DNA of 64,000 bases from the human T2T-CHM13v2.0 reference genome, Homo sapiens (GCF_009914755.1 NC_060933.1), one strand, 5' to 3'. Positions 16,189 to 38,230 are shown, counted from the stretch's first letter. Notes: generated from the sequence alone by a model not told the origin. A program made the numbers and translations.

Positions 16189-16891
16189 ACTCCAGCTAAT
16201 TTTCAAAGCTCTTCATCACCTGTCTTTCTGGATTTTCTGGAGAGGCCACTTTGACTGGTGGCCAAACAAAAGTCCCTCAAAGAGAAAGGGGTTTCCTTGT
16301 GGCTGGTACAGACACCCCCGCCAGTAGGCCCCTCACCTCCACCCCTGCTCCTCCACCACCCACCCCTCCCCCACTGGAGGCTGGGCCGCCTGGGCAGGCC
16401 ACTCACTTCCCAGAGCTTCTAGTTCCTTCAGCCGCAAAGTGGCACTAATCCCAGTCCTTCTGGTGATGCTCCCCGACTGTTAGGGATCTGTGGGGTGTGG
16501 GGGTCTGAGTGGGACCATGCCGGGTCCAGAGGGCTTAGCTTGGCGTCAGGCACACAAGGGCTGCAGGAGGCCGCCCCAGCCCCATGGCCGCCCCGTCTAG
16601 CCCACAGCCCTCCACACAGGCTCTGGAGCAAAGCCAGAATCCACCCTGCTCATCTCTCAGAATTCCCCTGCCTTTTCAAGCTGAATATTACCCTGATTGT
16701 GTTGTAGGGAAAGGAAGAGAACATTTGTTCTTTAAAAAAACAAAAACAAAAAAAAACCATTTTCTTCATTTACAAAAGTAATACATGTTAATTGTGGATA
16801 ATTTTGAAATTAAGATAAACCAAAGAGAAAATTTTAAATGATCTATAATTCATCACCCATCTATCACCACGTTGAGCATTTGAGCTTCTAG

Positions 16892-17221
<330 letters not shown>

Positions 17222-17412
17222 TAACGAATGTGTGGCGCTCGCTCGCTGTACTTCGAGCACAGGAGGGGACCCTAGAGCGCAGGTCCCCCCCATACATACT
17301 TTGTTTTGTAACCTGATTCTTCCATTCACCAGCAGAACGTGAACTTCCATGTCACCCCAAACCCTCGACCCTCTTGTTCCTCAGAATGCTCCACAAATTG
17401 GCTGCCGGTTAG

Positions 17413-17687
17413 ACGTGTGCGTGAGTATGCGCGTGGGTATGTGTGTGCGTGTGTGCGTGTATGTATATGCACGTGCGTGTGTGTATGTGTGTGCATGTGT
17501 ATGCATGTATGTGCGCGTGTGCGTGTGTGTATGTACATGCGTGTGTGCATGCATGTGTGTGTATATGTGTATGTATGTGTGCATGTGTGTGCCTGTGTGT
17601 GTGTGTGTACGTGTGCATGTATGTGTGTGTGTGCGTGTGGGCGTGCATGCATGTTTGTGTGTGTGTGTGTGCGCGCGCACGCGTGCA
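17413..17687. repeat. Degenerate (TG/CG/TA) alternating purine-pyrimidine tract
   Basis: ~275 bp near-continuous RY alternation. Confidence 0.9.
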
Positions 17688-18045
17688 GCATCACAGCCCT
17701 GTCCCAGACCCCAGCCTCCATACTTCCCCAGGATCTCCAGGAGCTCTGAGGCCCAGTGTGGTTTGGGGAGCTGGCTTCCAGCCCCCTTTCCAGTGGCGGC
17801 TGAGTACCCCTCTGTGCAATGCCGAAGACTTATTTCAGCCAATCCACTCATGTGGAACACAGAGGTGGTTTCCAAGTTGTGATATTACAAACACTGCCAA
17901 TAAATTATATTTATTGATAGAATCATTAATAGCTAAAACCCTGGCCATAGCACAGATATTTTCTTGGAGTGAATATTAAGGAGCTTCCCTGAGTTCTCGG
18001 CCTCCCCACCACTGGCTCCCCTTCTCCTCAGAACATTCTGGAGCG

Positions 18046-18343
<298 letters not shown>

Positions 18344-19167
18344 GAACATTCTGGAGGGGTAGGGACCATCTTCACCCCTCTTCCGTGGATGCAGAAACTG
18401 AGACTAGGGGCAGGGATTACATTCTCCCAAGGTCCCCCAAACCGTGGCCTAACCAGGCCCTTTCCTTTCCATCCTCTCCCTGCCCCTTGCCCTGCATAGG
18501 CGTTTTTCTGTTTTGTTTTTTGTTTTGTCTGGAATGTCGGCCCCTGCCTGGAGGGTGCGCACAACAGCTTCCTGTCTGCCTGGTCCCTGACCAGAGGGAC
18601 CAGTTTGTCTGGGTGACAGACGAGGCATGACAGCACATGTGTGGCTGGGCCAGCTGGGACAGCATCACTCTACTGTGCAAACCTCCAGGGGACCAGGAGT
18701 GGGGCTCCGAGGAGGTGGGTAGGACATGGTAGAAGAGTGAGAGGGGCCTCCAGGTCATGGGGGAGTGGGGCTCGGGCCCAGGGGTGCAGAGGGGGCTGTG
18801 AAGGACATCAACGGGGAAGCTCTTGGCTTCCTGGTGCCCGTGGCAGGAAACGCAGCCATGTGAGCGTGAATCCTTTTGGGGGAAGCCCTTGGCGAGGAAC
18901 AGAATGCAGTGATGGCAGCAGATTCTATTAAAAGCAATTCTCATTACGGTACCATTAATTATTAATAGGATTGGGCAAATAAAAGATGGGAAGACCCAGC
19001 TGGGCCTGACTCAAACTTTGCCTCCGAAGCAAATGGCTTTTGGTTCCCATCCAGGAGCCCCAGCCATGAACGTGCCTGTTGGAAAAGTAATGGCAACCCA
19101 GAGGCTGCCATGGTGGGACGGGCACCACTTATGTCTGCTTAAAAAACATAAAGACTTTTTAATCTTT

Positions 19168-19334
19168 TTATAATAATATATATATTATTATATATTATAA
19201 TATCTATATATATATAGAGAGAGAATATATAAATATATATATTTATTATATATATATATTTATTATATATATATATTTATTATATATATAAATATATATA
19301 TATTTATTATATATATCATATAAATATAATAAAT
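19168..19334. repeat. (TA)n-rich low-complexity tract
   Basis: Near-pure A/T with multiple (TA)n runs. Confidence 0.9.
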
Positions 19335-19336
19335 AC

Positions 19337-19686
19337 TGGCACGGTGGCTCACACCTGTAATCCCAACACTTTGAGAGGCTGAAGCGGGAGGATTGCTTGA
19401 GGCCAGGAGTTTGAGACCAGCCCGGGTAACACAGCCAAATCCCATCTCTACCAAAAAACAAACAAACAAACAAAAAAACAAAAACAAACAAACAAGAAAA
19501 CCCAGACATTAGCTGGGCACAGTGGCTCAGGCTTGTCATCCCAGCTACTCAGGAGGCTGAGGCGGGAGGACCACTTGACCCCAGGAGTTCAAGGCTGAAA
19601 TGAGTTGTGATTGCGCCACTGCACTCCAGCCTGGGCAACAGAGCAAAATCTTGTCCAAAAAAAAAAGGAAAGAAAAGGAAGAAAAG
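19337..19686 (+). mobile_element. Alu (AluJ-type) with (CAAA)n-expanded linker
   Basis: GGAGGATTGCTTGAGGCCAGGAGTTTG J-type left arm. Confidence 0.9.
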
Positions 19687-19888
19687 GAGGCTACCCGAGA
19701 AAAGGCACCTGGAGGAGTGCAGGGGACTGTGTCTGCTCTCAGAGCTTGGCTTTTAGGCCCAGATGGCCTGGTTGTCCTTCCCATTAGGAAACATCCGTCT
19801 GCTCGCCTGGCTAGGCACTGCAGACCTCATTCTCCTCAGAGCACCTTCCCGCCCCAGGGGCTGTCAAGCCTCTAAAGAGATCCAGAGA

Positions 19889-20200
<312 letters not shown>

Positions 20201-20503
20201 CTAGAGAGAACTTTCTCCATGTAGCAGCAGAAGCCATGGTGAGAACAAAGTCAATGAAGAATGTCAGGCTTGGGCTGAGGAGGCCCCAGAGAGAGAGAAG
20301 CTGCCCCTCTTTCCTGCCCCCACCCTGCCTTGTCTTTACTGAACTCCTAACCACCCTTTGAAGCCCGGCTTCTATGACCTCTTCTCCAGGCAGTGCTGCT
20401 TGGTCTCAGCTGGGGCAGCCACTGAGTACACAGACGCTGTCCCTGCTCTTGCGGAGCTGCCAGTCTAGCAGGTGACTAGCAGGGTTATATTAAAAAAACC
20501 CTT

Positions 20504-20882
<379 letters not shown>

Positions 20883-20939
20883 TCAGATCTGTTTCTTCCC
20901 CAGAACCTGGAGCAAAGCAGGTGCTCAAGAAATGTGTGT

Positions 20940-21106
20940 GACCAGGCGCGGTGGCACACACCTACAATCGCAACTGCTTGGGAGGCTGAGACAGGAGGAT
21001 CGCTTGAGCCCAGGAGGTCAAGGTTGCAGTGAGCCGTGATGACACCACTGCACTCCAGCCTGGGCGACATAGTGAGACTCAGGAAAAAAAAAAAAAAGAA
21101 AGAAAA
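20940..21106 (+). mobile_element. Alu right monomer (FRAM-like)
   Basis: Single monomer with A tail. Confidence 0.85.
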
Positions 21107-21630
21107 GGCAAGACAGACTGACAGAGAAAAAGAAATATGTACAACGGCACGAGACCGAGGCTTCCGAGATGGAGAGACCTCTGGGGAAATAGGTTTTTCA
21201 CAGCAGAGGGAAGAAGGGCCGGGACCTGAGCCTGCCCCCACTCCTTCGTCCTTCCAAAATTCCCCTGGATTATTGGCTGATTTATTTCCCAATATCCCCT
21301 ATGAGGCAGAGCGGTGAAGGCTTCCTTTTCTGGGACTAAATGAATATGGGGATGAATACGTCTGGGTCAACAAACACACAAAAACCAACAGCTAGGAACT
21401 TGTGGATTTCAGGATAAAATGACATCTATGGAGAAACGCCTGATACAGCCGTTCTTATTTTTCCACTAAATACCCAGGAAGGCAGAGAAAAAGATGAAAC
21501 CTCAGTTGGTTTGGAAACAGAGATGGCTGCCAAACTCATACCAGAAGCTGGGAGGAGTTTCTACTAATGATCACGGCAGAGGACAATGTTGGAGAGAAAC
21601 TTGTGACTCAGGGACCAGGGATGAAGGTAG

Positions 21631-22293
<663 letters not shown>

Positions 22294-22392
22294 TTATGTC
22301 CTACACAGCACTGGCTCCAACCAGAGAGAGTGATATCTTAGACACACATACACGGTCAAAGAAAAAACTGTGGTGCGAGGAGGAGTCTTTAA

Positions 22393-22725
<333 letters not shown>

Positions 22726-23349
22726 TAAAGAGTACCTCCCCAACAATTAATGTAGGATCGGAATAATATAATGAATAAGATTGATTTAATAATTGAACTT
22801 AGTACCCTACAAATAAAAGGTACTCATTTCTTTGCCAGAGTCCATCAAACATTTATAAAAATTGATCATATATTAGGCCACAAAGAAAAACTCAATAGAA
22901 CCCCCAAAGCAGATATAGTGAGAGCTTCATTCTTTAACCACAGTGCAATTAAGCTAGAAATTATTAACAAAAGTTTAAATTAAAAAGCCAACCATTTGAA
23001 AATTAAAAACCACTTTCGTAAATAACTTTAAATAAAACCTACATGACAAACTGTTACACTGCAAATACCACATATCCAAACATATGGGAAAATGGCTCAA
23101 ATGTTACAAGGAGGAAATTCATACTCAGTGTTATGAACTTCTTAAATAAGAAATTATGAAAGTCAATAAATTAAGATTCAACTGGAGAAATTAGAAAAAA
23201 GAACAAAATAAAGCTAAGGAAAGGAGAAAGAAGGAATCGATAAAGATAAAAAGAAGAATCTAATATATTAGAAAAGAGAAAAACGCTAGAAATAAAAATA
23301 ATTACATGACTTGGTGTTTTGAAAGTCTAATAAATTAGGTAAACTTCTA

Positions 23350-23929
<580 letters not shown>

Positions 23930-23971
23930 CTAGACTTCCTAGGGAAGTGTTGGGTCCTGACACTTTTACTA

Positions 23972-24355
<384 letters not shown>

Positions 24356-24739
24356 CTAAAAGGTTGGCAGATAACACAAAACTACAGACCAGTCTTGCTT
24401 AGGAACATGATACAAGTCCTTAATAAAATACCCGCAAATTACCCTGATTGAGACTCTTTGGGTCACAAGTAAGAGAAATCTACTCAAATGAGTTCAGAAA
24501 AGGGGAAAATTCATTATGAGGATTCAGAGACCACCCCTCCCCCCGCCCCAGAATTAAAGAAGGAAACAACTGCACAGCCAGACTCCAACGGCAACAGAAG
24601 CCCCCAGTGCCTGTGAATGCACAACTTCACCTCATCTTTAGCCTCTGCTGCTACCAATCAGACTGCCAAGGCCTAATGACTCCTCAAGTTGACTTTTAGG
24701 GTCTTTCGGGGTCCCAAGTGTAAGATTCCCATGACTGTG

Positions 24740-25097
24740 GCAACATCTGTGTGTTCGCCAACCTTTCCATTCCTCCTTCCAGGCTGGGCCCACACTTCCC
24801 ATGGGGGTTAGGCAGGGCCGTGTGACTTGCTTTATCCAATAAAATGTGAGTGGAAGTAACACATGCCACTTCTAGGTAGAAACATTGAATTGCCAGTATG
24901 AGAGTCTCCAACTCTTCTTCCCTTGCCTCAGCAAGCATGAGACCACCTGCTACGCAGAAGGACCATGCCGACCACATCACAGCTGTCTGCCTGGAGCCAC
25001 AGGCGACTTGGTATGAGCAGGAAATAAACTTCTCTCAAGCTGTGAGGTTTTGACATTATTTGTTACTGCAGCACAATCTAGCTTATCCTGAATAATT
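24740..25097 (+). mobile_element. Old MaLR LTR (MLT1J/K-like)
   Basis: GTTAGGCAGGGCCGTGTGACTTGCTT..CCAATAAAATGTGAGTGGAAGT...GAAATAAAC...TTTGTTACTGCAGCACAATCTAGC. Confidence 0.7.
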
Positions 25098-25164
25098 CAA
25101 TGACAAAGAACATCTATCTCAGGCCAAGAGTCAACATCTCATTTAACATTAAAATACTGGAAGC

Positions 25165-25520
<356 letters not shown>

Positions 25521-25908
25521 TTATATATGCTCTATAATGCTATATTGCTGTGAAAGTTCTGGACAATGCAATAAGACAAGAAACACAAATTAAAGGACAG
25601 CCACTAAAAAGGAGACAAATTATCCTTACTTGTGGATATTATAATTGTCCACTTGAAAATCCAAGGGAAGCAAATGAAAAACTATTAAATAATGAAAGCA
25701 TTCTACCAAAGTAGCCAGTTGTAAAATCAACATACAAAACACCCACAGCTTTCCCCTCTCCCTCCCTCCTCTTTTTTGCTATCAGATTGATTGTGTTTCT
25801 TTATTTCTCACCTTTTCCCTTTATTGGTTTGAAAGTTACACATTCCTTTTATGCCTTTTAGAGATTATCTTTAGGTTTTTATCATGCATAAAATTTTTTA
25901 ATAATCTT

Positions 25909-26296
<388 letters not shown>

Positions 26297-26331
26297 CTAT
26301 ATTATGATTGCCTAATATTTAGTTCCACCTT

Positions 26332-26644
26332 TTCTTTATTTTTTATTTTTTTAGAAACAGGGCCTTGCTATGTTGCCCAGGCTGGAGTGCAATAGCTATT
26401 CATAGGCTGCACCCCAATACTGATTAGCACAGGAATTTTTACCTGCTCTGTTTCCAACCTGGGCCAGTTCACCCCTCTTTGGGTAACCTGGTGGCCTCCT
26501 GGCAGGTCGTCATATTGATGCAGAGCTTAGCACCAGCACCCAACTGGCATAGTCAACTTCAGCCCAGAGCTCCTGGCCTCAAATGATCCTCCTGCTCCGC
26601 CTCCTGAGGAGCTGGGACTACAGGCATGTGCTACTGTGCCCGGC
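26332..26644 (-). pseudogene. 7SL (SRP) RNA retropseudogene (RN7SL-P)
   Basis: Reverse complement contains the S domain that Alu lacks (GCATCAATATG..CCACCAGGTTACCCAAAGAGGGGTGAACTGGCCCAGGTTGGAAACAGAGCAGGTAAAA..GTGCTAATCAGTA); A-rich tail; TSD AGTTCCACCTT at 26321-26331 and 26645-26655; many substitutions. Confidence 0.95.
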
Positions 26645-27279
26645 AGTTCCACCTTGTTTTAATCCACCACTGGTAATTATGATTGTTGATTTTACGGCCA
26701 GCTCTTATTTAGATTTTACCCATGTTTCCATATCTCCATTCATTGCTTCTTGCAGAATGTGCTTGGTACAGGGCTTGATTCCCTTCTTCCTTAGGTCATC
26801 TTTTACTAGCTCTTTCAGCAAAGAGCTGTGAGTGGTAAAGTTCCTCAGTCTTTGTCTGAAATGTCTTTATTTTGCCCTTGCCCTTGAAAGACAGTTGAGC
26901 TGAAAGACAGTTTTGGTTGACAAATATTTTCCTTCGTCCTCTTGAAGAGATGATAATTACATTTTTGTCCTCTGTCATTGCTGATGGGCTTCGCTGTTTC
27001 TTTGTGGGCTTCGTGCCAGTGGTGAAGGCATGTGTCCTGGACTCCTGAGCTGCCTGGGTCCAAGTCCTGGCCCTGCCATTCATCATTTTGTGAATTTGTG
27101 CCTGGTTATCTACAGTCACAATTCTGCAATTTGGATTGGGCTCAGCTGGGCAGCTCTTCTGCTAGTCTTGCCTGGGGTCTTTCACATGGCTGCTCTCACC
27201 TGCGGTTTGAATGATATATTCGTTTGCTAGGGCTGCCTTAACAAGATACCACAGGCTGGGTGGGTTAAAAACAGAAAGC

Positions 27280-27602
27280 TGCTGGGCACGGTGGCTCACA
27301 CCCGTAATCCCAGCACTTTGGGAGGCTGAGGCAAGAAGACCGCTTGAGCCCAGGAGTTTGAGACCAGCCTGGGCAACATGGTGAAACCCAGTCTCTATAA
27401 AAATACAAAATAAAACCTAGCCAGGAGTGGGGGCATGCACCTGTGGTCCCAGCTACTCAAGAGGCTGAGGTGGGAGAATCACTTGAGCCCCAGGAGGTGG
27501 AGGTTGCCATGAGCCGTGATCGTACCACTGCACTGCAGTCTGGGCGATAGAGCAAGACTCTGTCTCAATATAAATAAAATAAATAAATAAATAAATAAAT
27601 AA
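27280..27602 (+). mobile_element. Alu (AluJ-type), (AAAT)n tail
   Basis: TSD AACAGAAAG. Confidence 0.9.
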
Positions 27603-27629
27603 CAGAAAGGTATTTTCTCACAATTCTAG

Positions 27630-28047
<418 letters not shown>

Positions 28048-28125
28048 TAATATTAGTCACATTAGCTTAGGGCCCACCTATATGACCTCGTTTTACCTTA
28101 ATTATGTCTTTAAAAGCCCTCTATC

Positions 28126-28477
<352 letters not shown>

Positions 28478-28634
28478 TCAACATGTGAATTTGTGGCAAG
28501 GCAGGGGGGCAGGAAATGATGTAATTCAGCCCATAACACCTGGGGTGGAGGGTTCTAGATGAACTCACTGCTATGCCTGGCAGGTGGTGTTGGCCATCTA
28601 ATGGGTGGTTCCCTTCCAACAGAATCTACACTAG

Positions 28635-28945
<311 letters not shown>

Positions 28946-28996
28946 TACACTGGGCTTCTTGTCGTGTAATTGTTTGTTCTAAGATAGCAAAGGTAG

Positions 28997-29787
<791 letters not shown>

Positions 29788-29907
29788 AAATTCTTCAGGG
29801 GTCATTATTGTAACAAAAATTAAGTAGCATTAACTAATAAAGATTACTTAAGCTTTTTGTCGCTTGATTTTTTCATCTTTAAAATGTGGATAATAACATT
29901 AATAGTT

Positions 29908-30211
29908 GGCTGGGTGCGGTGGCTTAAGCCTGTAATCCCAGCACTATGGGAGGCTGAAGCAGGTGGATCACTTGAGGTCAGGAGTTCAAGACCAGCCTGG
30001 CCAACATGGCGAAACCCTATCTCTACAAAAAATACAAAAACTAGCCGGGCCTGGTGGTGCGTGCCACCAGTGGTCCCAGCTACTTGGGAGGAGGTGGAAG
30101 GATCACCTGAACCTGGGTGGTCAAGGCTGTGGTGAGCTGTGATCATGCCACTGCACTCCAGCCTGGGTGATAGAGTGAGACCCTGTCTCAATAAATAAAA
30201 TAAAATAAAAA
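29908..30211 (+). mobile_element. Alu inserted in a MIR
   Basis: TSD ~ATAACA(T/C)TAATAGT. Confidence 0.9.
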
Positions 30212-30409
30212 TAACACTAATAGTGTTGTTTTGAGGACTTAAAGAGTCAATGTACTCAGAACACCATTATATGTCTTTATTATGGATGCTGTTAGATAAT
30301 CTCTTCTTCTTTTCTGGTTTAAGTCATTTTCTTTGTCTTTAGGATTACATATTTGGTATAGATAATTGGGTTTGGTTCACTATTATTTATCCTTCTTGTG
30401 GTTGATGCA

Positions 30410-31585
<1,176 letters not shown>

Positions 31586-32633
31586 GCCTCTTTTTTCATG
31601 GTGTCTTTTCATTTTCTTATTTTTTTTCTTTTAATAATTTAAAGCACACTTCTTTTGTAGTCTCTTTCGGAGTGTGCTCTTATCCCAATTTCTTGGTGGT
31701 CTAATCCTCTTCTTGTTTTGTCTGCTGACACTCCCTGTTGAGGATCAGTTCATTTTGCGGTTTGCATTTTTAGCTGTGAGCTCCTGTTCAGCGAGGATCT
31801 TGCTTTTTGTTGGGTTCTCAGCTACAGAATGGCTTCTTGCTCCAGTTGCCTCCTCCCAAACTCCAGTACTGGGTGATCTCCCATTTTTTCTTTCAAGATC
31901 AATTTTTTTTTGTTGTTGTTGTTAAATTTTGTCCATATTCCTCAGCAGGAGCAGTGTCAACATTAGCTCAGTCTGCTAGGTTAGGTTAGTCAAATTTAAT
32001 AGATGATAAAGACATCATTTAAAATCAGTAGGGAAAAGATGAGCTATTTATTAAATGGTATTAAGACAACTGTTCAATATCTGGGGGCGGAGGGAGGCTG
32101 TTAGCCTTAACATACACCATAACTAAAATAAATTGCAGACAAAACGAAAACTTAAATATAAAAGTGGAACTATAAAAGTGCTAGATGAAAAGAATGTGAT
32201 GGGAAAGGCCTGTTTAATTATTCAACGGATGGTAAAATCCTCCTGAAGCTTTGCTACGAAAAAGTTTGAAAGTTATGTACATGGAAGAACTACGAAAAAA
32301 AGCCCTAAAAAGTAAGTGACCAATTAAGAAGATATTTACAAGAGATGATAAAGGCTCAATATCCTGCATCTACAAAGAGCTCTCACATATCCATTAGAAG
32401 ACAGTGAATACCTAATAGGGACATATGCAAAGGACATGAATTAGTAATTCACAAAATAAGAAATAAAAAAAGCCAACAAGCATATGAGAGTAGGTTCATC
32501 TTCACTAACAACAAAAGAAATACATGTTAAAACAAGTTATCCTTTTACCCTATCAAATTGGCCAAAAATTTCAAAAAGATTAAAATATCCTGTGTGGTGA
32601 AGGAAAAGGGGTTCTACAGAATCCCTCTTCCCT

Positions 32634-33677
<1,044 letters not shown>

Positions 33678-35754
33678 GAGTGTCATCGGGACATTTTGGA
33701 GGGTAATTTGGCAGAATGTAGCACAGGCCCTAAAACGTGCATCTCTTTCCTTCTAGAAATTTCTCAAGATTAATAATTGAGAATTTGTCAAAGATCCCTT
33801 AGCAAGGACATTCACCGCAGCCTTCTTCTTTAAAGGAAGTTGAGTAAACAACCTATATGTTCAATAATAGGACGGATTGAATAAACAATTGTTTAGCTGT
33901 ATAATGATAAAGATTAAAAATAATCATAGCCACAGCCAATAGTGTGCTTTCGACGGACTCCACATGAAAGGAGTGCTTCCTGCCCGTTTTCTTATGTAAT
34001 TCTCACCACAATGCTATAACGCAGGCTTTAGTAACCCCATCTCCCAGAAGAGGACCACACTGAGGTCAGAGGGTGTAGCCACCAGTCCAAGGTCACATAG
34101 CAAGGGGCCAAGATTCTGACCCTAACCCTTGTGCTATGCCTTTACCACCCAACAAGACAGATCATGGTGCAGCCTTCAGATACCAAGATGCTGACGACAG
34201 GTCTTTACACAGAAGGATGTCGGTGGCATAGTGTTGGGTGGAAAAAGCAGTCGAGCACGTACCATTTTTGCAAAAATAAAAAGCACATTCAGTGTGCAGA
34301 GAAAAAAAGCCTGGAAGGATTTACTGTGCACGTTAGCAGGGAGGTTACCTCTGGGGATGGATTCAGTGATTTTTATTTTCTACAATGAGCACATACAGCT
34401 CTTGTCGTCAGGGCAAAATATTAAAAGACAAAACAGCGCTGGCGGTTGGACTGACCACGCCTGCCTCTGAGGTGGTTCTGGGAGGTGAGAAAGAGCCCGC
34501 TGCAGCCCAGCCGGCCTGGACCCCGGCGTCTGGCTCTCCCCTGCCCTTGGTCTTCTCCCCAGCACTGTCCGTACCTTCCCTGCACCTGTGCTTCTGCGGG
34601 CATCGATTTTTCCATCCTTCAGAGAAGCGCCTGAGGAAAAGGAAAGAGCATCTTCGGATCAATGAACACAGCCCTGCAGCCAGGGGTGGGGGTGGCCGCG
34701 GGCCGCGCCTGCTTGTCACTGCCGGGTCCAGGATTTGAGGGGGGCTCAGCGGGGGAAGGCGAGACTGGCTGGGCTGCCCAGGGCGGCGAGTGTGTGTGTG
34801 TGTTGGGGGGCGTGGGGAGTGGTGGAGGGTAGGTGTGGTGGGGGTCTATGTGAGGTGTGGAGTCGGGGGGTTACATACACGTGTGTGGTGGGAGATGGGT
34901 GAGCATCCAGGGTTGCATCAGGGAGGGGGTGTCGTGGGCTTCCTCCGAGGGGCTGCTCTTTGCCTAGAGGAGCAAGGAGCGGTGCAACCTCCTCTGTGAA
35001 ACACAGTCTCCCACTAACTCAGTTCACAGCTCTGTGAGGAGGGGCTGGTACACACCCATTGCCCAGATGGGGAAACCGAGGGCTGCGTGTGTTCGTGGTG
35101 GGGGCGGGGAAGAGGTGGATGGAGAGGGCAAAACGGCATTGTTTGTGTCAACTGCAGAACAGAATCTTGTATTCAAGAGGCAGTCTCGTATTTGAAAGGC
35201 ACTCACCTGTTCTGGGCACTGGGAGATGAGTGGGTGGGGACAGAGAGGGGGCAGCCGAGGCTCCCTCAGGAGCTCACAGTGGGTGCAGGGGGTGGAAAAG
35301 GAATGCTCCTGGGCCTATCGGGTCAGTAAACCCAGACTCTACATTTGCTAGGCCTGTCTGAGCCTCACCCCAGCCTCTTCTTTCCTGGCCAGATCCCTTC
35401 CCGACATGTCATGTGCCCAAACCCTGGACCCCTCACTCCTGCTCATTCCGGCAGCCCCCACAGATGGCTCTCAGGCCCCAGAGCTCTCTGTGCTTCTGTT
35501 CCAGGGCAACAGGAACAAATGCCCTACGAGAGCTTAATTCCCTGCTTACCGTCTGCTCCCCTCCCTGCCCCCGGTCTAGTCTATGAGCTCCTCTGGGGCA
35601 ATCGGGCTGGGACTGTGGGGCCCTCCTGGCTCAGTCTGCATTGCCCGTTGCCTGGCCTGGCACCAAAAATGGCTCAACATACATTTATTGCATGAATGAA
35701 TGAACCATGATCATTGCTAAGGAAAGAAATGTGCAGATGGCCTGCTTTGGGGTT

Positions 35755-35995
35755 CAGTGTGCGTGTACTGCGTTGGTGTCCACGTGCACGTGCAGCATGT
35801 GTGTACCCCTAGGCACACACGTGGTGTGTTGCATTCATGTGAATCCATGTGTGTGTGTTTGTGTGTGCACGCACATGCATACAGTGCTTGCTTGTGTGTG
35901 CAGGTGTGCGTTCACATGTCCATGCCAAGGTGCATGCATTTTTATATGCCAGCGTGTGCATGTATATGTTTACCTGTGCACACTCTGTGTGCAAG
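35755..35995. repeat. Degenerate (TG/CA) alternating tract
   Basis: GTGTGCA/CATGTG-rich low complexity. Confidence 0.75.
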
Positions 35996-36231
35996 GAGTT
36001 AACATATCTTTCTCTCACGTTTTGCTCTCCCCCTGACCTGCATCCTGCAGCCTACCTTTCTGCCTTGTATTTTTTGAGACAGGGTCTCACTCTGTCATGC
36101 AGGCTGAGAGCAGTGACACGATCACGGCTCACTGCAACCTCAACCTCCTGGGCTCAAGCCATGCTCCTGCCTCAGCCTCCCAAGTAGCTAGGACCACAGC
36201 TGTGCGCCATCACATCCAGTTAATTTTTTTC

Positions 36232-37054
<823 letters not shown>

Positions 37055-38230
37055 TCAAACTCCTGGGCTCAACTGATCCTCTGGCCTCGACCTCCCAAAG
37101 TACTGGGATGACAGGCATTGAGCCACCTCATCTGGTCCCTTTCTGCTTTCTGCATTCTCCAATCCCAGTCCCTGCCCCTCCCACCTCCAGCAACAGTCCC
37201 CACAAAAGACTCCAGCTCCACCTGACATACCAGCCACATACCATGGCTATGCTCAAGCTCCTGGAGCCTGCATCTGCCTGGAGGAGGCGTCAAGCATGCA
37301 ATCTTGTCTGGATGCCTGCCTCTCTCAGTCTCCTCATCTGTAAAATGGGGTTAAGAGCCCTGTGCTCACAGCACTGCTTTGTCAAAAGGATGCACACGAA
37401 GGGCTTGGGCCAGCACCTGGCACAGAGCGAGCGCTCAAGAAATGCTACTGCCGGGACACTAGTGACGGCGGTGATGATGGCGATGACCCTCCTCTGGTGG
37501 TGGCAAATGAGGGTGATGAGGCTCAGCCTTGCTGCGTCCAGGGGACTTCAGGAGGGGCTGGGAAAGCCCCTGGGGGAGCCAGAAGATCAACCCCTTCTCT
37601 GGGCCATTGTGTTTCTGGATAATGGGTGGAGGTGGGAAACGAGAAAGGTGCAGGCGCTTGAAGAGCAAAGGCTCCTCCTAGAGCCGCTTCTCCAGCCTGC
37701 TGCAGCCAGGCCTGGGTTCCCCATGGCAGCTCCCCCTGCCCTCTCCACGCCAGTCCTGTGTGAGGCATGCACTTGAAATCAAACCCAAATTCCCCTCTGC
37801 AGCCTGCATGCCCCTCCTGGCCTCTGCTCCTCTGCTCAGCCACACAGCACGTTCTGTCCCTCAGGGCCTTTGCATAGGCCTGGGGTACTCTGTCCCCGGG
37901 CTCCCTCCTCCGGGAGGGCCTTACTCCCCATGCGCTCCCATCTGTTTACCTGGCTCTTCGTGTCTTCCGCATGTGGCTGAGCTCCCAGCGCAGTGGAAGG
38001 CTCTCAGTAAAGATCTGTGGGATGGTAGGGGCGGAAGGGCGGTGGCCCTCTCTCTGGCTCCCCGGATTCCAGTCCTCACAGCCCATTAGTAAGCACCTAC
38101 TGTGTGCCAGGGCCCAGCCCAAACTAGCCAGTGGGGTGACCTTGGGCAGGTGGCACCACCTCTCAGACCCCTAGTCTGTCCATCTTTAGCATTAAAGGAG
38201 GCACAAGTCCCCGAGGGCTCCCCACTTTGG

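Noticed and set aside
17326-17979. Cys/Val- and His/Thr-rich ORFs
   Set aside because: Translations of the (TG)/(CA) tract
22771-22983. Endonuclease-like ORF
   Set aside because: Decayed L1 ORF2 fragment with disruptions on both sides
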